DNA of 64,000 bases from Neisseria sp. Ec49-e6-T10 (GTDB taxonomy: Bacteria; Pseudomonadota; Gammaproteobacteria; Burkholderiales; Neisseriaceae), in the NCBI RefSeq assembly GCF_051132615.1, contig NZ_CP152375.1, positions 1,278,859 through 1,342,858 on the forward strand, in the 5' to 3' direction. Positions 23,656-32,831 of this stretch are shown here, one piece after another. Within the stretch, counting starts at the first letter, position 1, and every line of letters begins with the position of its first letter. The translations under genes and the position numbers were made by a program. A model generated the notes under the pieces. That model was not told the DNA's origin and ran no database searches. It saw nothing but the letters and a program-made list of their open reading frames with translations.

Positions 23656-24282
23656 ATGATCAGAATGAATAAACTCAATAAACACATAGTGCACTTCTAC
23701 CTTTTAGGTTTATTTACCCTTTTATCTGCCTCAACACTACTGGCAGAATGTTTTATCCCTACGGGTCATTACCGCTTACACCCTCTTGCACAAAAACACC
23801 ATGCAGCAAAATCTTATCAGGAAGTGCTTCGTTTATTGGATGATGATGCACAAGATAACCATTTAGTTGTGCTAAAAAAAGGGAATAAATTATATCTACA
23901 AGTAAACACAGACAAAACAATTACATTAACCCCATTATCTAAAAACAATCAAGCAGGGTTAACCTATATTCAAGAAGATTTATTGTTGCCGCCAACAACA
24001 CAGGCAAGCAATCGTCCTGTTTGTGGGGTACAAATATCCACAACAAGTGACGATATGTTGATGTTGGTTAAACTGGACACGAGCCAAGCCAGTACATTAT
24101 CAGATGAGCAGAAAAATGAAATAAGAAGGATATTCCCTGCTGATTTTTCAACAGAAACACCTACCCCAAAAATTTGGACAACAGAAGAGCTGAGCCAATT
24201 TCAATATTTTTTGGTATGGCGCTTTTCTATTCCGACGGTAACAGGAGGTATTATTTTTGTGCCACTGGAAAAATTTAAATAA
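23656..24282 (+). CDS. hypothetical secreted protein
   Basis: 208 aa, N-terminal signal peptide (LLGLFTLLSASTLLA), no recognised domain; 5 nt upstream of dtd. Confidence 0.5.
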   Translation: MIRMNKLNKHIVHFYLLGLFTLLSASTLLAECFIPTGHYRLHPLAQKHHAAKSYQEVLRLLDDDAQDNHLVVLKKGNKLYLQVNTDKTITLTPLSKNNQAGLTYIQEDLLLPPTTQASNRPVCGVQISTTSDDMLMLVKLDTSQASTLSDEQKNEIRRIFPADFSTETPTPKIWTTEELSQFQYFLVWRFSIPTVTGGIIFVPLEKFK

Positions 24283-24293
24283 GGTTATTGATG

Positions 24294-24752
24294 ATGAAAG
24301 CTGTCTTACAAAGAGTGAGCCAAGCCCATGTAGAAATTGATGGCGAGGTTGTAGGCAAAATTGGCTATGGATTGTTGATTTTATTTTGTGCGGAACAAGC
24401 AGACACACAATTGGATGCAGATAAAATGCTCGCAAAAATTTTAAAGCTGAGAATTTTTTCTGATGATGATGGCAAAATGAACCGAAGCATCTTGCAACTA
24501 GATGGACAAGATAAAATGGGGGAACTGTTAATAGTAAGCCAATTTACTCTTGCCGCAGATGTGCGTAGTGGTAACCGCCCCAGTTTTACCAAAGCTGCCC
24601 CTCCCCAATTGGGTCAAGAATTATATGAATACTTTGTGGGTAAAGCCAAAGAAAGTATTGAGCATGTGGCTACAGGGCAGTTTGGCTCAGATATGAAAAT
24701 ACACTTGGTCAATGATGGCCCTGTCACGATTATTATGGATTCAAATGCTTAA
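24294..24752 (+). CDS. dtd: D-aminoacyl-tRNA deacylase
   Basis: MKAVLQRVSQAHVEIDGEVVGKIGYGLLILF... and C-terminal SQFTL...NDGPVT motif. Confidence 0.9.
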   Translation: MKAVLQRVSQAHVEIDGEVVGKIGYGLLILFCAEQADTQLDADKMLAKILKLRIFSDDDGKMNRSILQLDGQDKMGELLIVSQFTLAADVRSGNRPSFTKAAPPQLGQELYEYFVGKAKESIEHVATGQFGSDMKIHLVNDGPVTIIMDSNA

Positions 24753-24785
24753 ATCATTTATTTAAGTGCTTGAGACAACATCAAT

Positions 24786-25097
24786 ATGCAAGACTCTTTT
24801 CCTACTCGAGTTTATCAAATTCTAGCGGCAATTCCAAAAGGGAAAGTGGCCACATATGGCACCATTGCACGCTTGGCTTCTTCTCCAAGAGCCGCACGTC
24901 AGGTTGGGGGCATATTAAAACGACTACCTAAAGACAGCACGCTGCCTTGGCATCGGGTTGTGAATAGATTTGGTAAAATTTCAATGGAAGAATCTAACTA
25001 TATACGGCAAAAAGAATGTCTGTTAAAAGAAGGTATTTTATTTGATGAAAACGACTGTATTGATCTGACCCGATTCGGTTGGGCTGGTGATGATTGA
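24786..25097 (+). CDS. alkyltransferase-like (MGMT-family, Atl/YbaZ) DNA-binding protein
   Basis: 103 aa; the active-site PCHR of MGMT is replaced by PWHRVV, typical of Atl proteins. Confidence 0.8.
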   Translation: MQDSFPTRVYQILAAIPKGKVATYGTIARLASSPRAARQVGGILKRLPKDSTLPWHRVVNRFGKISMEESNYIRQKECLLKEGILFDENDCIDLTRFGWAGDD

Positions 25098-25421
25098 CAT
25101 ACGGTTTGAAATGACCACAGTATTTCATATCAACTGATGTTCTGTCTCACTTCATAAAGATTATATTCTGCTAAAACCTTATTACTCATGTTCTGAATGA
25201 TTTCATTTATGCCTGATTAAGGCTAAAAATTGATGGATTTAAGGCTAATTTTCTTAAATAAAACGCTTTATAATGTATTCATTACATCACTTTATTGAAG
25301 TTGGAATTGATTATAAACCATGAAGGCATTAATTACGACAACCCAAAAAGTGTTACAAGAAAGTAAGCAAGCACTGCCTTTTTCTGTATACGCTTCTATT
25401 CAGGAACAACATATTTGAAAT

Positions 25422-26141
25422 GTGCCTATTCTAAAGCCACAGTTAATATGCATACTGTCTGGCGTTAAAAAATTGGGAAACGAAAATGAAATAGTCTGTC
25501 CTTCAGGCAATTTTATTTTTTTATCAAATCATCCCACAATTGAGATGAGGAATATTCCTAATGATAAAGCGTATTTTGCGGTAGTGATCGAATTTGATTA
25601 TGCTGACTTTGATCAATTTAAACACACACAAAAGCAAACACAAAACTATTTGCAAGGTTCGATTAATGGCGTTTTAATAAAAGCACTACGTCAATATATT
25701 GAATGGGCAAGTGATGCCCCACCAGAAACATGGCATTTTCGTAGGCAAGAGCTTCTTCAACTAATCTATTTATCAGGCTATCAAGATATCTGCACTATGG
25801 TCAAACCGCCAAGCTTAAGCCATCAGCTACACAATATAATCAATCATAATATTGCAGATGAGTGGCCAGTTGAACGCTTAGCTGAACAATTAGCCATAAG
25901 CGATTCAACTTTAAGACGAAAACTAAAGGCAGAAGGAACCGATATCCAAACCATTCGCATTCAAGCAAAATTAAACCATGCGCTTTATTTGGTACAAACA
26001 ACAATGGAACCAATTGGCCGTATTGCCCAGCATTGCGGATATGATTCTCAATCGCGGTTTACGGAAAAATTTAAACAATTATTTGGTATGACCCCAACCG
26101 AACTGAGAAAAACGAATACTGAGCTAAAATCATTTGATTGA
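25422..26141 (+). CDS. AraC/XylS-family transcriptional regulator (N-terminally interrupted: upstream in-frame segment 25320..25415 ends in TGA at 25416..25418)
   Basis: C-terminal dual HTH (…AEQLAISDSTLRRKLK…IAQHCGYDSQSRFTEKFKQLFGMTPTELR); ORF restarts at GTG one codon after an in-frame TGA. Confidence 0.75.
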   Translation: MPILKPQLICILSGVKKLGNENEIVCPSGNFIFLSNHPTIEMRNIPNDKAYFAVVIEFDYADFDQFKHTQKQTQNYLQGSINGVLIKALRQYIEWASDAPPETWHFRRQELLQLIYLSGYQDICTMVKPPSLSHQLHNIINHNIADEWPVERLAEQLAISDSTLRRKLKAEGTDIQTIRIQAKLNHALYLVQTTMEPIGRIAQHCGYDSQSRFTEKFKQLFGMTPTELRKTNTELKSFD

Positions 26142-26182
26142 ATACAACACCATTTACCCCACCATTTTCAAGGAGCGTTTAT

Positions 26183-26842
26183 ATGAAAAATATAGCTGTT
26201 ATATTATCAGGATGTGGTTTTCTTGACGGAGCAGAAATCAGAGAATCTGTGCTCACACTTTTAGCCTTAGATACTGAAAAGGTTCAATATAAAATATTTG
26301 CTCCAAATAAGAATCAACACCATGTTGTCAATCATCTAACTGGAGAAGAGGTATCTGGTAGCAGCAGAAATATCTTGGAAGAGTCAGCCAGAATTGCACG
26401 GGGCAAAATTGAAGATATAAAAACCTTAAATATAAACGACTTTGATGCTTTGGTGATACCAGGTGGATTTGGTGTCGCCAAAAATCTGTGTTCATTTGCT
26501 TTTGATGGCAGCAAGGCTTCTGTCGATGAACAAGTTACAGCAACAATCAAAGGCTTTAACTTGGCCAATAAACCTATTGGTGCCATTTGTATTGCCCCAG
26601 CATTGGTGGCACTGACATTAGGCGCAAAACACCCTACTTTAACCATTGGTCAAGACGAAGCCACAGCAAATGAGCTGGAAAAACTGGGCGCAAAACACCA
26701 AGTGTGTGTGACCTCAGATTGTGTGGTAGATGAACAAAATAAAATCATCACCACACCAGCCTATATGGATGATCCAGAAAACTTGGCAGATGTTTATGCA
26801 GGCATTACAAAACTCATTAAAAATGTGATTAAACTGGCTTAA
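26183..26842 (+). CDS. elbB: DJ-1/PfpI-family protein (glyoxalase ElbB)
   Basis: MKNIAVILSGCGFLDGAEI... matches the ElbB N-terminus; AAGGAG RBS 7 nt upstream of ATG 26183 (the ORF-track start at 26138 is upstream in frame). Confidence 0.85.
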   Translation: MKNIAVILSGCGFLDGAEIRESVLTLLALDTEKVQYKIFAPNKNQHHVVNHLTGEEVSGSSRNILEESARIARGKIEDIKTLNINDFDALVIPGGFGVAKNLCSFAFDGSKASVDEQVTATIKGFNLANKPIGAICIAPALVALTLGAKHPTLTIGQDEATANELEKLGAKHQVCVTSDCVVDEQNKIITTPAYMDDPENLADVYAGITKLIKNVIKLA

Positions 26843-26855
26843 ACCTCCAGACATA

Positions 26856-26896
26856 GAGAATGGATACTTTATTTTTTAAAGTATCCATTCTCTGTC
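26856..26896 (+). terminator. hairpin terminator after elbB
   Basis: AGAGAATGGATACTTTattttttAAAGTATCCATTCTCT long inverted repeat. Confidence 0.65.
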
Positions 26897-27063
26897 ATTC
26901 AATTTATATTTCTCTTGTTCAATCATCCATCAGCTAAACCATTATTTACTCTTTGAATTTAATCCAAATCAAGTTATGTTTAGTTGTCTAGACAATCACT
27001 GTTTCTCTTTAATTTGAATATGCTATATTGAATTTATTCTCTTTTGGTACAAAGGTATTCATC

Positions 27064-27900
27064 ATGAAGTTAATCAGTTTTGAAGTAAAAGCACAATCAT
27101 ATCAAAGCTATGGCGTATTAACTGATGCAGGTATTGTGGATTTAGGTAAACCAACTGGTCAAACAGACATTAAAAGTATTTTACAGGTTGAACAGCTTAA
27201 AATTTTGCAACAACAAACCTTTAATACGGTTCATTATCAATTAGATGAAATTGAATTGTTGCCTGTTGTCCCCACTCCTGAAAAAATTTTATGCGTTGGC
27301 ATGAATTACGCCGATAAGTGTCAGGAATTTAATGTACAAAACACCAGCCCAACCATTTTTATTCGTTTTGCTGACTCTCAAGCCGCTCATAAAGAACCCT
27401 TAATCAAGCCAAAAATAGCCAATGAATTTGATTTTGAAGGTGAAATGGCGGTGATTATCGGAAAAACGGGACGACATATTAAGGAAGAAGATGCTCTTGA
27501 CTTTGTGGCAGGCTACAGTTGCTATATGGATGGTTCGGTTCGAGACTGGCAAAACAGCAGCATTACCGCAGGAAAAAATTGGCCTAAAACAGGTGCTTTT
27601 GGCCCATGTCTGGTCACAACCGATGACATACCTGACCCACATAATTTAACCATTCAAACATTCTTAAATGGACAAACCGTTCAAAGTGACCACACCAGTA
27701 ATATGATGGATAAAATTCCTTATCTATTATCTTATATCAGCACCTTTACCGAGCTGAACCCAGGAGATGTGATTTTAACTGGCTCACCAGGTGGTGTCGG
27801 CAAAAAAAGAACACCTCCTTTATTCTTAAAAAAAGGTGATGTCATTGAAGTAGAAATTGAAAAAATTGGCCGTTTAAGTAATATTATTGATGAGCAATAA
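27064..27900 (+). CDS. fumarylacetoacetate hydrolase (FAH) family protein
   Basis: 279 aa; FAH-fold motifs (…DFEGEMAVIIGK…GSPGGVG…); start at ATG 27064. Confidence 0.8.
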   Translation: MKLISFEVKAQSYQSYGVLTDAGIVDLGKPTGQTDIKSILQVEQLKILQQQTFNTVHYQLDEIELLPVVPTPEKILCVGMNYADKCQEFNVQNTSPTIFIRFADSQAAHKEPLIKPKIANEFDFEGEMAVIIGKTGRHIKEEDALDFVAGYSCYMDGSVRDWQNSSITAGKNWPKTGAFGPCLVTTDDIPDPHNLTIQTFLNGQTVQSDHTSNMMDKIPYLLSYISTFTELNPGDVILTGSPGGVGKKRTPPLFLKKGDVIEVEIEKIGRLSNIIDEQ

Positions 27901-27990
27901 GCTCATCAATAATATAGGCAGGGTAAATAACCCCTGCCCTTTTTAGCGCAATCATACAATCTGACAGACAATTAATTTGCTCTTAGAATA

Positions 27991-28812
27991 TTAAATATGC
28001 TGTAAAAGCGTGGATAAGCGTTTCAATGTTTCCCAAGCATGCGCTTTATCTTGCGGGTGACGCAGCAATCGAGCAGGATGATGGGTATGGAAAAAAGGAA
28101 TACCTGCATAATGCAAGCCTTCATCATTGACCTGAGCAAACTTAGGCATATCTTCGCCCAGAGCCAAAATGGCTTTAGGTTGAATAAGGCGAACCTGCGC
28201 ATCAAAATAGGCCTGACAGGTTTTTAAGCTGATCTTATCAACTTTCACATCAAAACTTGGGGCGCATTTTACTAAGGTAGTTTGATAAGTGTCTTCTATA
28301 GGAATATGAATGCTTTTAAGCATATTGCTCAGCAACACACCAACTTTACCTTCAAACAATTGATGGTTTAAATCATCTTCTGGGCTGGGGCTTAAGGAAA
28401 CAATCAACACATCCGCTTGACTGTTACCCTGCCCAAAAACAGGTTGAAGCCGACAACCACATAATGAACAGTTTTGGCAGTTTTGCGCCATTTGTTCCAG
28501 TTGTAACAAATTTTTGCCATCAGTTTGAATGGGTTGAGCATCTACTTGTGTTGGTTGGGCTGTTTTTTCTACAGGAGCCGTTTGTATCTGAGATTGGCTG
28601 ATAGGCTGTGAGGCTGTTTGTAACGGTTCGGCTACATATTGTGGCACACTTTCTGCGACAACAACCTGAGCGTTTATTTGCACATTAGAGGCGGGATTTT
28701 GTACTTTTTGCTCAGACGAAACCAAATGTGCACCTTTTTTTAGCCACATTTTTCCTAAGCCTAAAGCTTGATGTAATAACAGGTAACGCGCCTCTAACAT
28801 ATCATTATTCAC
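27991..28812 (-). CDS. uracil-DNA glycosylase superfamily (family 4-like) protein with Gln-rich N-terminal extension and degenerate motif A
   Basis: Cys cluster CQNCSLCGC then VFGQGN...LIVSLSPSPEDD (in place of GEGPG) and C-terminal HTHHPARLLRHP motif B; 78 nt downstream of rtcR on the same strand. Confidence 0.65.
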   Translation of the reverse strand: MNNDMLEARYLLLHQALGLGKMWLKKGAHLVSSEQKVQNPASNVQINAQVVVAESVPQYVAEPLQTASQPISQSQIQTAPVEKTAQPTQVDAQPIQTDGKNLLQLEQMAQNCQNCSLCGCRLQPVFGQGNSQADVLIVSLSPSPEDDLNHQLFEGKVGVLLSNMLKSIHIPIEDTYQTTLVKCAPSFDVKVDKISLKTCQAYFDAQVRLIQPKAILALGEDMPKFAQVNDEGLHYAGIPFFHTHHPARLLRHPQDKAHAWETLKRLSTLLQHI

Positions 28813-28889
28813 TATTTACTTAAGGATCAATGATATCATTGATCCAAGCGTCTATGCTCGTTTTATCCATCTAACTGAATACTTTTTAA

Positions 28890-30518
28890 TCAAGTTGAGT
28901 GTTGTTTGATTTTTTCCCAACTTAAATCGAATTTGGCCAAATATTTACGTAACCGATCTGAATCGTTACTCACTTGTTTGTGTGCTCTGGAGATAGCAAA
29001 TAACCGCCGCCCAGCTTCTGCCAAGGTAGGCGATTGCATGCACACATCTATCACCTGTTTAAGCTGACACTGATCAAATAAATCAAGTTGATCAGGTATT
29101 AATGCAGAGTATTGGGCTTTTATAGCGCCCTCTTCTTGCCAGTTTTGACTTAAACGCTCAATTTCTGTTTCAACCAATTCATTGGTAATATTATTGTGTT
29201 GTGCCAAAGTCGCCATTCTGGTGACAGATGCGGTTAATTCTCTAAAATTGCCTTGCCATAAGGCTTTATCCGAAGTGGCAAAGCGAAGATAGTGCGTTTT
29301 GGCCTCTTTATTAAAACGAGGCATTTTTTTATACTCTCGAGCAAAACGAGCCAGTTCATAATCTAGGTTAGGCTCTATGTCTTCTTTTCTTTGTGCCAAA
29401 CTTGGCAAAGCATAATGCCATAAGTTAATACGGGCAAATAAGTCTTCCCTAAAGAGCCCTTTACGCACTAAATTTTTTAGGCTTTTATGGGTACCTGCAA
29501 TAATTTGGAAGTCACTTTTAACTTCTTTATCGGCACCAAATGGATAAAATTTCTTCTCTTCTATGGCTTTAAGCAGCATGGCCTGTTCATCTAAACCAAG
29601 CTCGCCAATTTCATCTAAAAACAACATGCCTTTATCGGCTGACTTTAATAAGCCAGATCGCTCTTTTTCTGCTCCTGTAAAAGCCCCTTTTACATGCCCA
29701 AACAAAGTGGACATGGCACTGTCCCCACGCAAAGTAGCGCAATTGACTTCAACAAAAGGGCCATGTATTTGATGTTGTTGCACCTTTAATTCATAAATTC
29801 GTTTGGCTAAAAAGGATTTACCCGAACCTGTTGGCCCTTCTAATAAAATAGGTGCACACGAACGCTTAGCAACAATTTCTAATTCATCAATCAGTTGGTT
29901 GAATGTTCTATTTTTGGTGGCGATACCTGATTTTAAATAATCGGTTGCTTGAGCAGAGTACTGCTCAAAACGAGTGAAGATCTGATCATATCGATTTAGG
30001 TTTAAATCAATTTGGGTAATTTGCCCTAATGGGCATCGACTCATTATGTCCTCTTGTGTCTGTTCTTCACTAGACGCTTGGATCGCTTTGTTCGGGGGAG
30101 AAGCTTGTAATAATTTAGCGGGAAAAAAACGAGCCTCTGCCAATAAAAACCAGCAAATTTGTACCACATGAGTCCCTGTGGTGATGTGAATAGTGTATTC
30201 TTCTTGCTCTAAATTAAATGGGTAACGCTTAGCCAAATCGAATAAAACGGTATAAACCTGTTCAAAGTCCCAAGGGTCATCAATGGTCACTTCAATTAAA
30301 TTGATTTCAACATTAGGGGCAATATCTTTTATGTCTTCAACAACTCGGCGAGCCAATGCGGTGTCTTTACGGTGATAAAGCAATTCTAAACGATCAGCTT
30401 GTCCATGTTCTACTCGACAAATATCAATGGTTGGCCGCCAACGTAACCAGCGTCGTTTGCCTTTGCCTGTTTGATCTAAATTACTGCCTAAAAAACCAAA
30501 TATTACTTTTTTCATCAT
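28890..30518 (-). CDS. rtcR: sigma-54-dependent transcriptional regulator RtcR (CARF-like N-domain, AAA+ domain, HTH)
   Basis: 542 aa, collinear with E. coli RtcR (MMKKVIFGFLGSNLD..., GPTGSGKSFLAKRI, GAFTGA, ESELFGH-like region, C-terminal ...RLRKYLAKFDLSWEKI). Confidence 0.92.
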   Translation of the reverse strand: MMKKVIFGFLGSNLDQTGKGKRRWLRWRPTIDICRVEHGQADRLELLYHRKDTALARRVVEDIKDIAPNVEINLIEVTIDDPWDFEQVYTVLFDLAKRYPFNLEQEEYTIHITTGTHVVQICWFLLAEARFFPAKLLQASPPNKAIQASSEEQTQEDIMSRCPLGQITQIDLNLNRYDQIFTRFEQYSAQATDYLKSGIATKNRTFNQLIDELEIVAKRSCAPILLEGPTGSGKSFLAKRIYELKVQQHQIHGPFVEVNCATLRGDSAMSTLFGHVKGAFTGAEKERSGLLKSADKGMLFLDEIGELGLDEQAMLLKAIEEKKFYPFGADKEVKSDFQIIAGTHKSLKNLVRKGLFREDLFARINLWHYALPSLAQRKEDIEPNLDYELARFAREYKKMPRFNKEAKTHYLRFATSDKALWQGNFRELTASVTRMATLAQHNNITNELVETEIERLSQNWQEEGAIKAQYSALIPDQLDLFDQCQLKQVIDVCMQSPTLAEAGRRLFAISRAHKQVSNDSDRLRKYLAKFDLSWEKIKQHST

Positions 30519-30638
30519 ATATATTTTTATATATTAATAGATAAAATTATACAGTTTTCTCTTATCTTGATCTATCTATTTTTTATAAAAAAATTCAATA
30601 CCATTTAAAAACAATAAAATAACAATTTTTATATTTTT

Positions 30639-30654
30639 TGGCACAGTCATTGCA
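30639..30654 (+). promoter_or_regulatory. sigma-54 (-24/-12) promoter TGGCAC-N5-TTGCA directed toward the tRNA-like RNA / SPFH / rtcB operon
   Basis: Exact TGGCACagtcaTTGCA 120 bp upstream of (and divergent from) the rtcR start; AT-rich spacer between, suitable for IHF/UAS. Confidence 0.8.
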
Positions 30655-30785
30655 TATATACCCATGCCAACAAAAAAACAGTTTGGTTCAGTATACAAAG
30701 CTGACCGATGCATGGCGAATAGCTTAAGGTTATTTTCAAAATGTATGTCCTGTTGATTTGAAGGTATGCATCGCAAGATAAAAAT

Positions 30786-30833
30786 GGTAAAGCTCTGGTA
30801 TATACCAGTTTGCTTAGGTTCGAATCCTAATTT
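30786..30833 (+). ncRNA. partial tRNA-like module (hairpin plus T-arm-like TTAGG-TTCGAAT-CCTAA) immediately 5' of the full cloverleaf
   Basis: CTGGTATATACCAG palindrome followed by a T-arm consensus; no pairing acceptor stem found. Confidence 0.4.
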
Positions 30834-30909
30834 ATTTTGAATAGCTCAATAGGTAGAGCAGTTGATTATTAATCAACCTGTCATAGGTTCGACTCCTATT
30901 TCAAAAACC
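30834..30909 (+). tRNA. tRNA-shaped RNA element (76 nt perfect cloverleaf, anticodon AUU, encoded CCA); probably a Y-RNA/YrlA-like tRNA mimic in the rtc leader rather than a decoding tRNA
   Basis: Acceptor TTTTGAA/TTCAAAA (6 AU + 1 GC pairs), D arm GCTC-AATAGGTA-GAGC (A14, G18G19, A21), anticodon arm GTTGA-TTATTAA-TCAAC, 5-nt variable loop, T arm ATAGG-TTCGACT-CCTAT (T54 T55 C56 A58 C61), discriminator A, CCA; sits about 180 nt downstream of the sigma-54 promoter. Confidence 0.7.
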
Positions 30910-31208
30910 AAAATTGCCCTGTCTCGGCAAATGCTTAGGGTGCATTTAAAAGTAGTAAAAAAGCTGTACTACAGACTGACGCCGTGTTGTGGTAGGGAAC
31001 AAATGCCACAACAAGCACAAGAATACCGGTTATAGGTAACTGGATGATTGGCAAGCGAACAGATTGATATAGGTTCTTCTATATCGTGACATGAAGAAAA
31101 AATACGGTCATGAACAACTTATATCAGCTTTTGTTTCCCTTTTATTTCGTTTTATCACCCGTCATTTTTGTGTGGCTGAGGTCAATATTTTAAAAGGATG
31201 AATATAAA

Positions 31209-32792
31209 ATGTTACAAACAATCAAAGTAAAAAAAGATGAATTAGCGATCATTTATAAAGATGGTGAATTTAATGAAATTTTAAAAGCGGGGAAACATTA
31301 TTTATTTGGTTTGGGTACAAATAAAACAAACCAAATCATTAAACTTGACCAAAGCAATGTGGACACAAAATTAGCCGATTACTTAAGAAGTTTTCGCCAA
31401 GATATGATTAAAGAACACTGTATTGATGTGCAATTAAGCAAAAGCGAAATTGGTTTACGTTTTATAGACGAACAATTGGTTGAAATATTAATGCCTGAGA
31501 CCAAAACACTTTTTTGGCAAAGCCACATCAACCAAACGTTTGAAACCATTATGTTGGAAGATGATTATCGTATTCCTGAAGATATTGCCCAAAAATTAGT
31601 ACGAGCAAAAACAACTAAAGCAAAAATTATTGGTTTGGATCGTTTGATTATTGCACATATGACCAATGAACAAATCGGCTTATTGTTTATTGACAAACAA
31701 TTGGCTGCAATTGTGCCTTCTGGACAAAGTGTTGCTTATTGTGGCTATGTACATGAGGTGTTATTAAGCCAATATGCATTAGCAGAAAGCTTGATTCATG
31801 AAAAATTGGCAGAAGCAATCAGACAAACTTTACCTGAGCAATTGGATACCTATTGTTTGGAAATTGAAGTAGGTGCCAATGAAGCAGGGTTACGTTATGA
31901 AGATGATTTATTGGTCGAAATTTTAGCCCCTGGTTCTAAACGCTTGTATTGGAAAAACATGCGCAAACAACATTTGGTCAGCATTAATTTAAATAATGGC
32001 TATACTTTACCAAACACCATTGTGCAACAATTGGTTCAACCTCATTTGCGTCAACAAGGTGTGGTTGGGTATGAAAGTGTGTTGATTGCTCAAGTGCCTG
32101 CTTATTTTGTCGGTGTATTAAATGTTGATGGCAAAATACAGGGCTTATTGGATGCAGGTATCAGTGCTTACTGGCGTTTTAACCGTGAAGTCACTGTTGA
32201 GTTGGTGGATACCCGCTTACAAGCCATGGAGGTCACTGGGCAAGAAATATTAACCAAAGACAAAGTAAATTTGCGTGTTAATTTGGTTGCCAACTGGCGT
32301 TATCAAGATGTGTTATTGGCTTTTGAACGCTTATCGCGCCCAATGGAGCACTTATATAGAGAGTTACAATTGGGTTTACGTGAAGCCATTGGTACACGTA
32401 CTTTAGATGAGTTGTTGGAAAACAAAAACATCATTGATAAAGTGGTTTCGGCTCACGTGGCTGAGAAAATGCAGCAATATGGTATTGAAACAGCTTCTTT
32501 GGGGGTAAAAGATATTATTTTACCTGGAGACATGAAAGACATTTTGGCTCAAGTAGTTGAAGCGGAAAAATCAGCCCAAGCCAATGTGATTCGTCGTCGA
32601 GAAGAAACCGCGGCAACCCGCTCTTTATTAAACACAGCCAAAGTGATGGAAAACAACCCTGTTGCTTTACGTTTAAAAGAGATGGAAACATTAGAGCGTA
32701 TTGCTGAACGAATCGACAAAATTTCGGTAGTCGGTGGGTTAGACCAAGTATTACACGGTTTGGTGAATATTAGAAACATTGAAGCAAAATAA
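31209..32792 (+). CDS. SPFH/band-7 (stomatin/prohibitin-like) domain protein with long N-terminal region
   Basis: 527 aa; the C-terminal 200 aa match the SPFH fold (…GVKDIILPGDMKDILAQVVEAEKSAQANVIRRREETAATRSL…); AAGGA RBS; 39 nt upstream of rtcB. Confidence 0.75.
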   Translation: MLQTIKVKKDELAIIYKDGEFNEILKAGKHYLFGLGTNKTNQIIKLDQSNVDTKLADYLRSFRQDMIKEHCIDVQLSKSEIGLRFIDEQLVEILMPETKTLFWQSHINQTFETIMLEDDYRIPEDIAQKLVRAKTTKAKIIGLDRLIIAHMTNEQIGLLFIDKQLAAIVPSGQSVAYCGYVHEVLLSQYALAESLIHEKLAEAIRQTLPEQLDTYCLEIEVGANEAGLRYEDDLLVEILAPGSKRLYWKNMRKQHLVSINLNNGYTLPNTIVQQLVQPHLRQQGVVGYESVLIAQVPAYFVGVLNVDGKIQGLLDAGISAYWRFNREVTVELVDTRLQAMEVTGQEILTKDKVNLRVNLVANWRYQDVLLAFERLSRPMEHLYRELQLGLREAIGTRTLDELLENKNIIDKVVSAHVAEKMQQYGIETASLGVKDIILPGDMKDILAQVVEAEKSAQANVIRRREETAATRSLLNTAKVMENNPVALRLKEMETLERIAERIDKISVVGGLDQVLHGLVNIRNIEAK

Positions 32793-32831
32793 ACAAACCG
32801 CCTGTTTTTTAGGCGGTTTCAAGGATAAAAA

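Noticed and set aside
30786-30909. Possibility that the tRNA-like sequences are ordinary tRNA genes (for example tRNA-Asn)
   Set aside because: Anticodon AUU and an acceptor stem with six A-U pairs are atypical for a decoding tRNA, and the location is inside a sigma-54/RtcR-controlled leader. Kept as a tRNA-shaped regulatory/mimic RNA instead, but not fully excluded.
31209-32792. Considered whether the 527-aa protein upstream of rtcB is Rsr/Ro60 (TROVE plus vWA), which would make this a standard rsr-yrlA-rtcB operon
   Set aside because: C-terminal region aligns convincingly with the SPFH/band-7 fold (stomatin/prohibitin-like) and shows no TROVE or vWA/MIDAS motifs.
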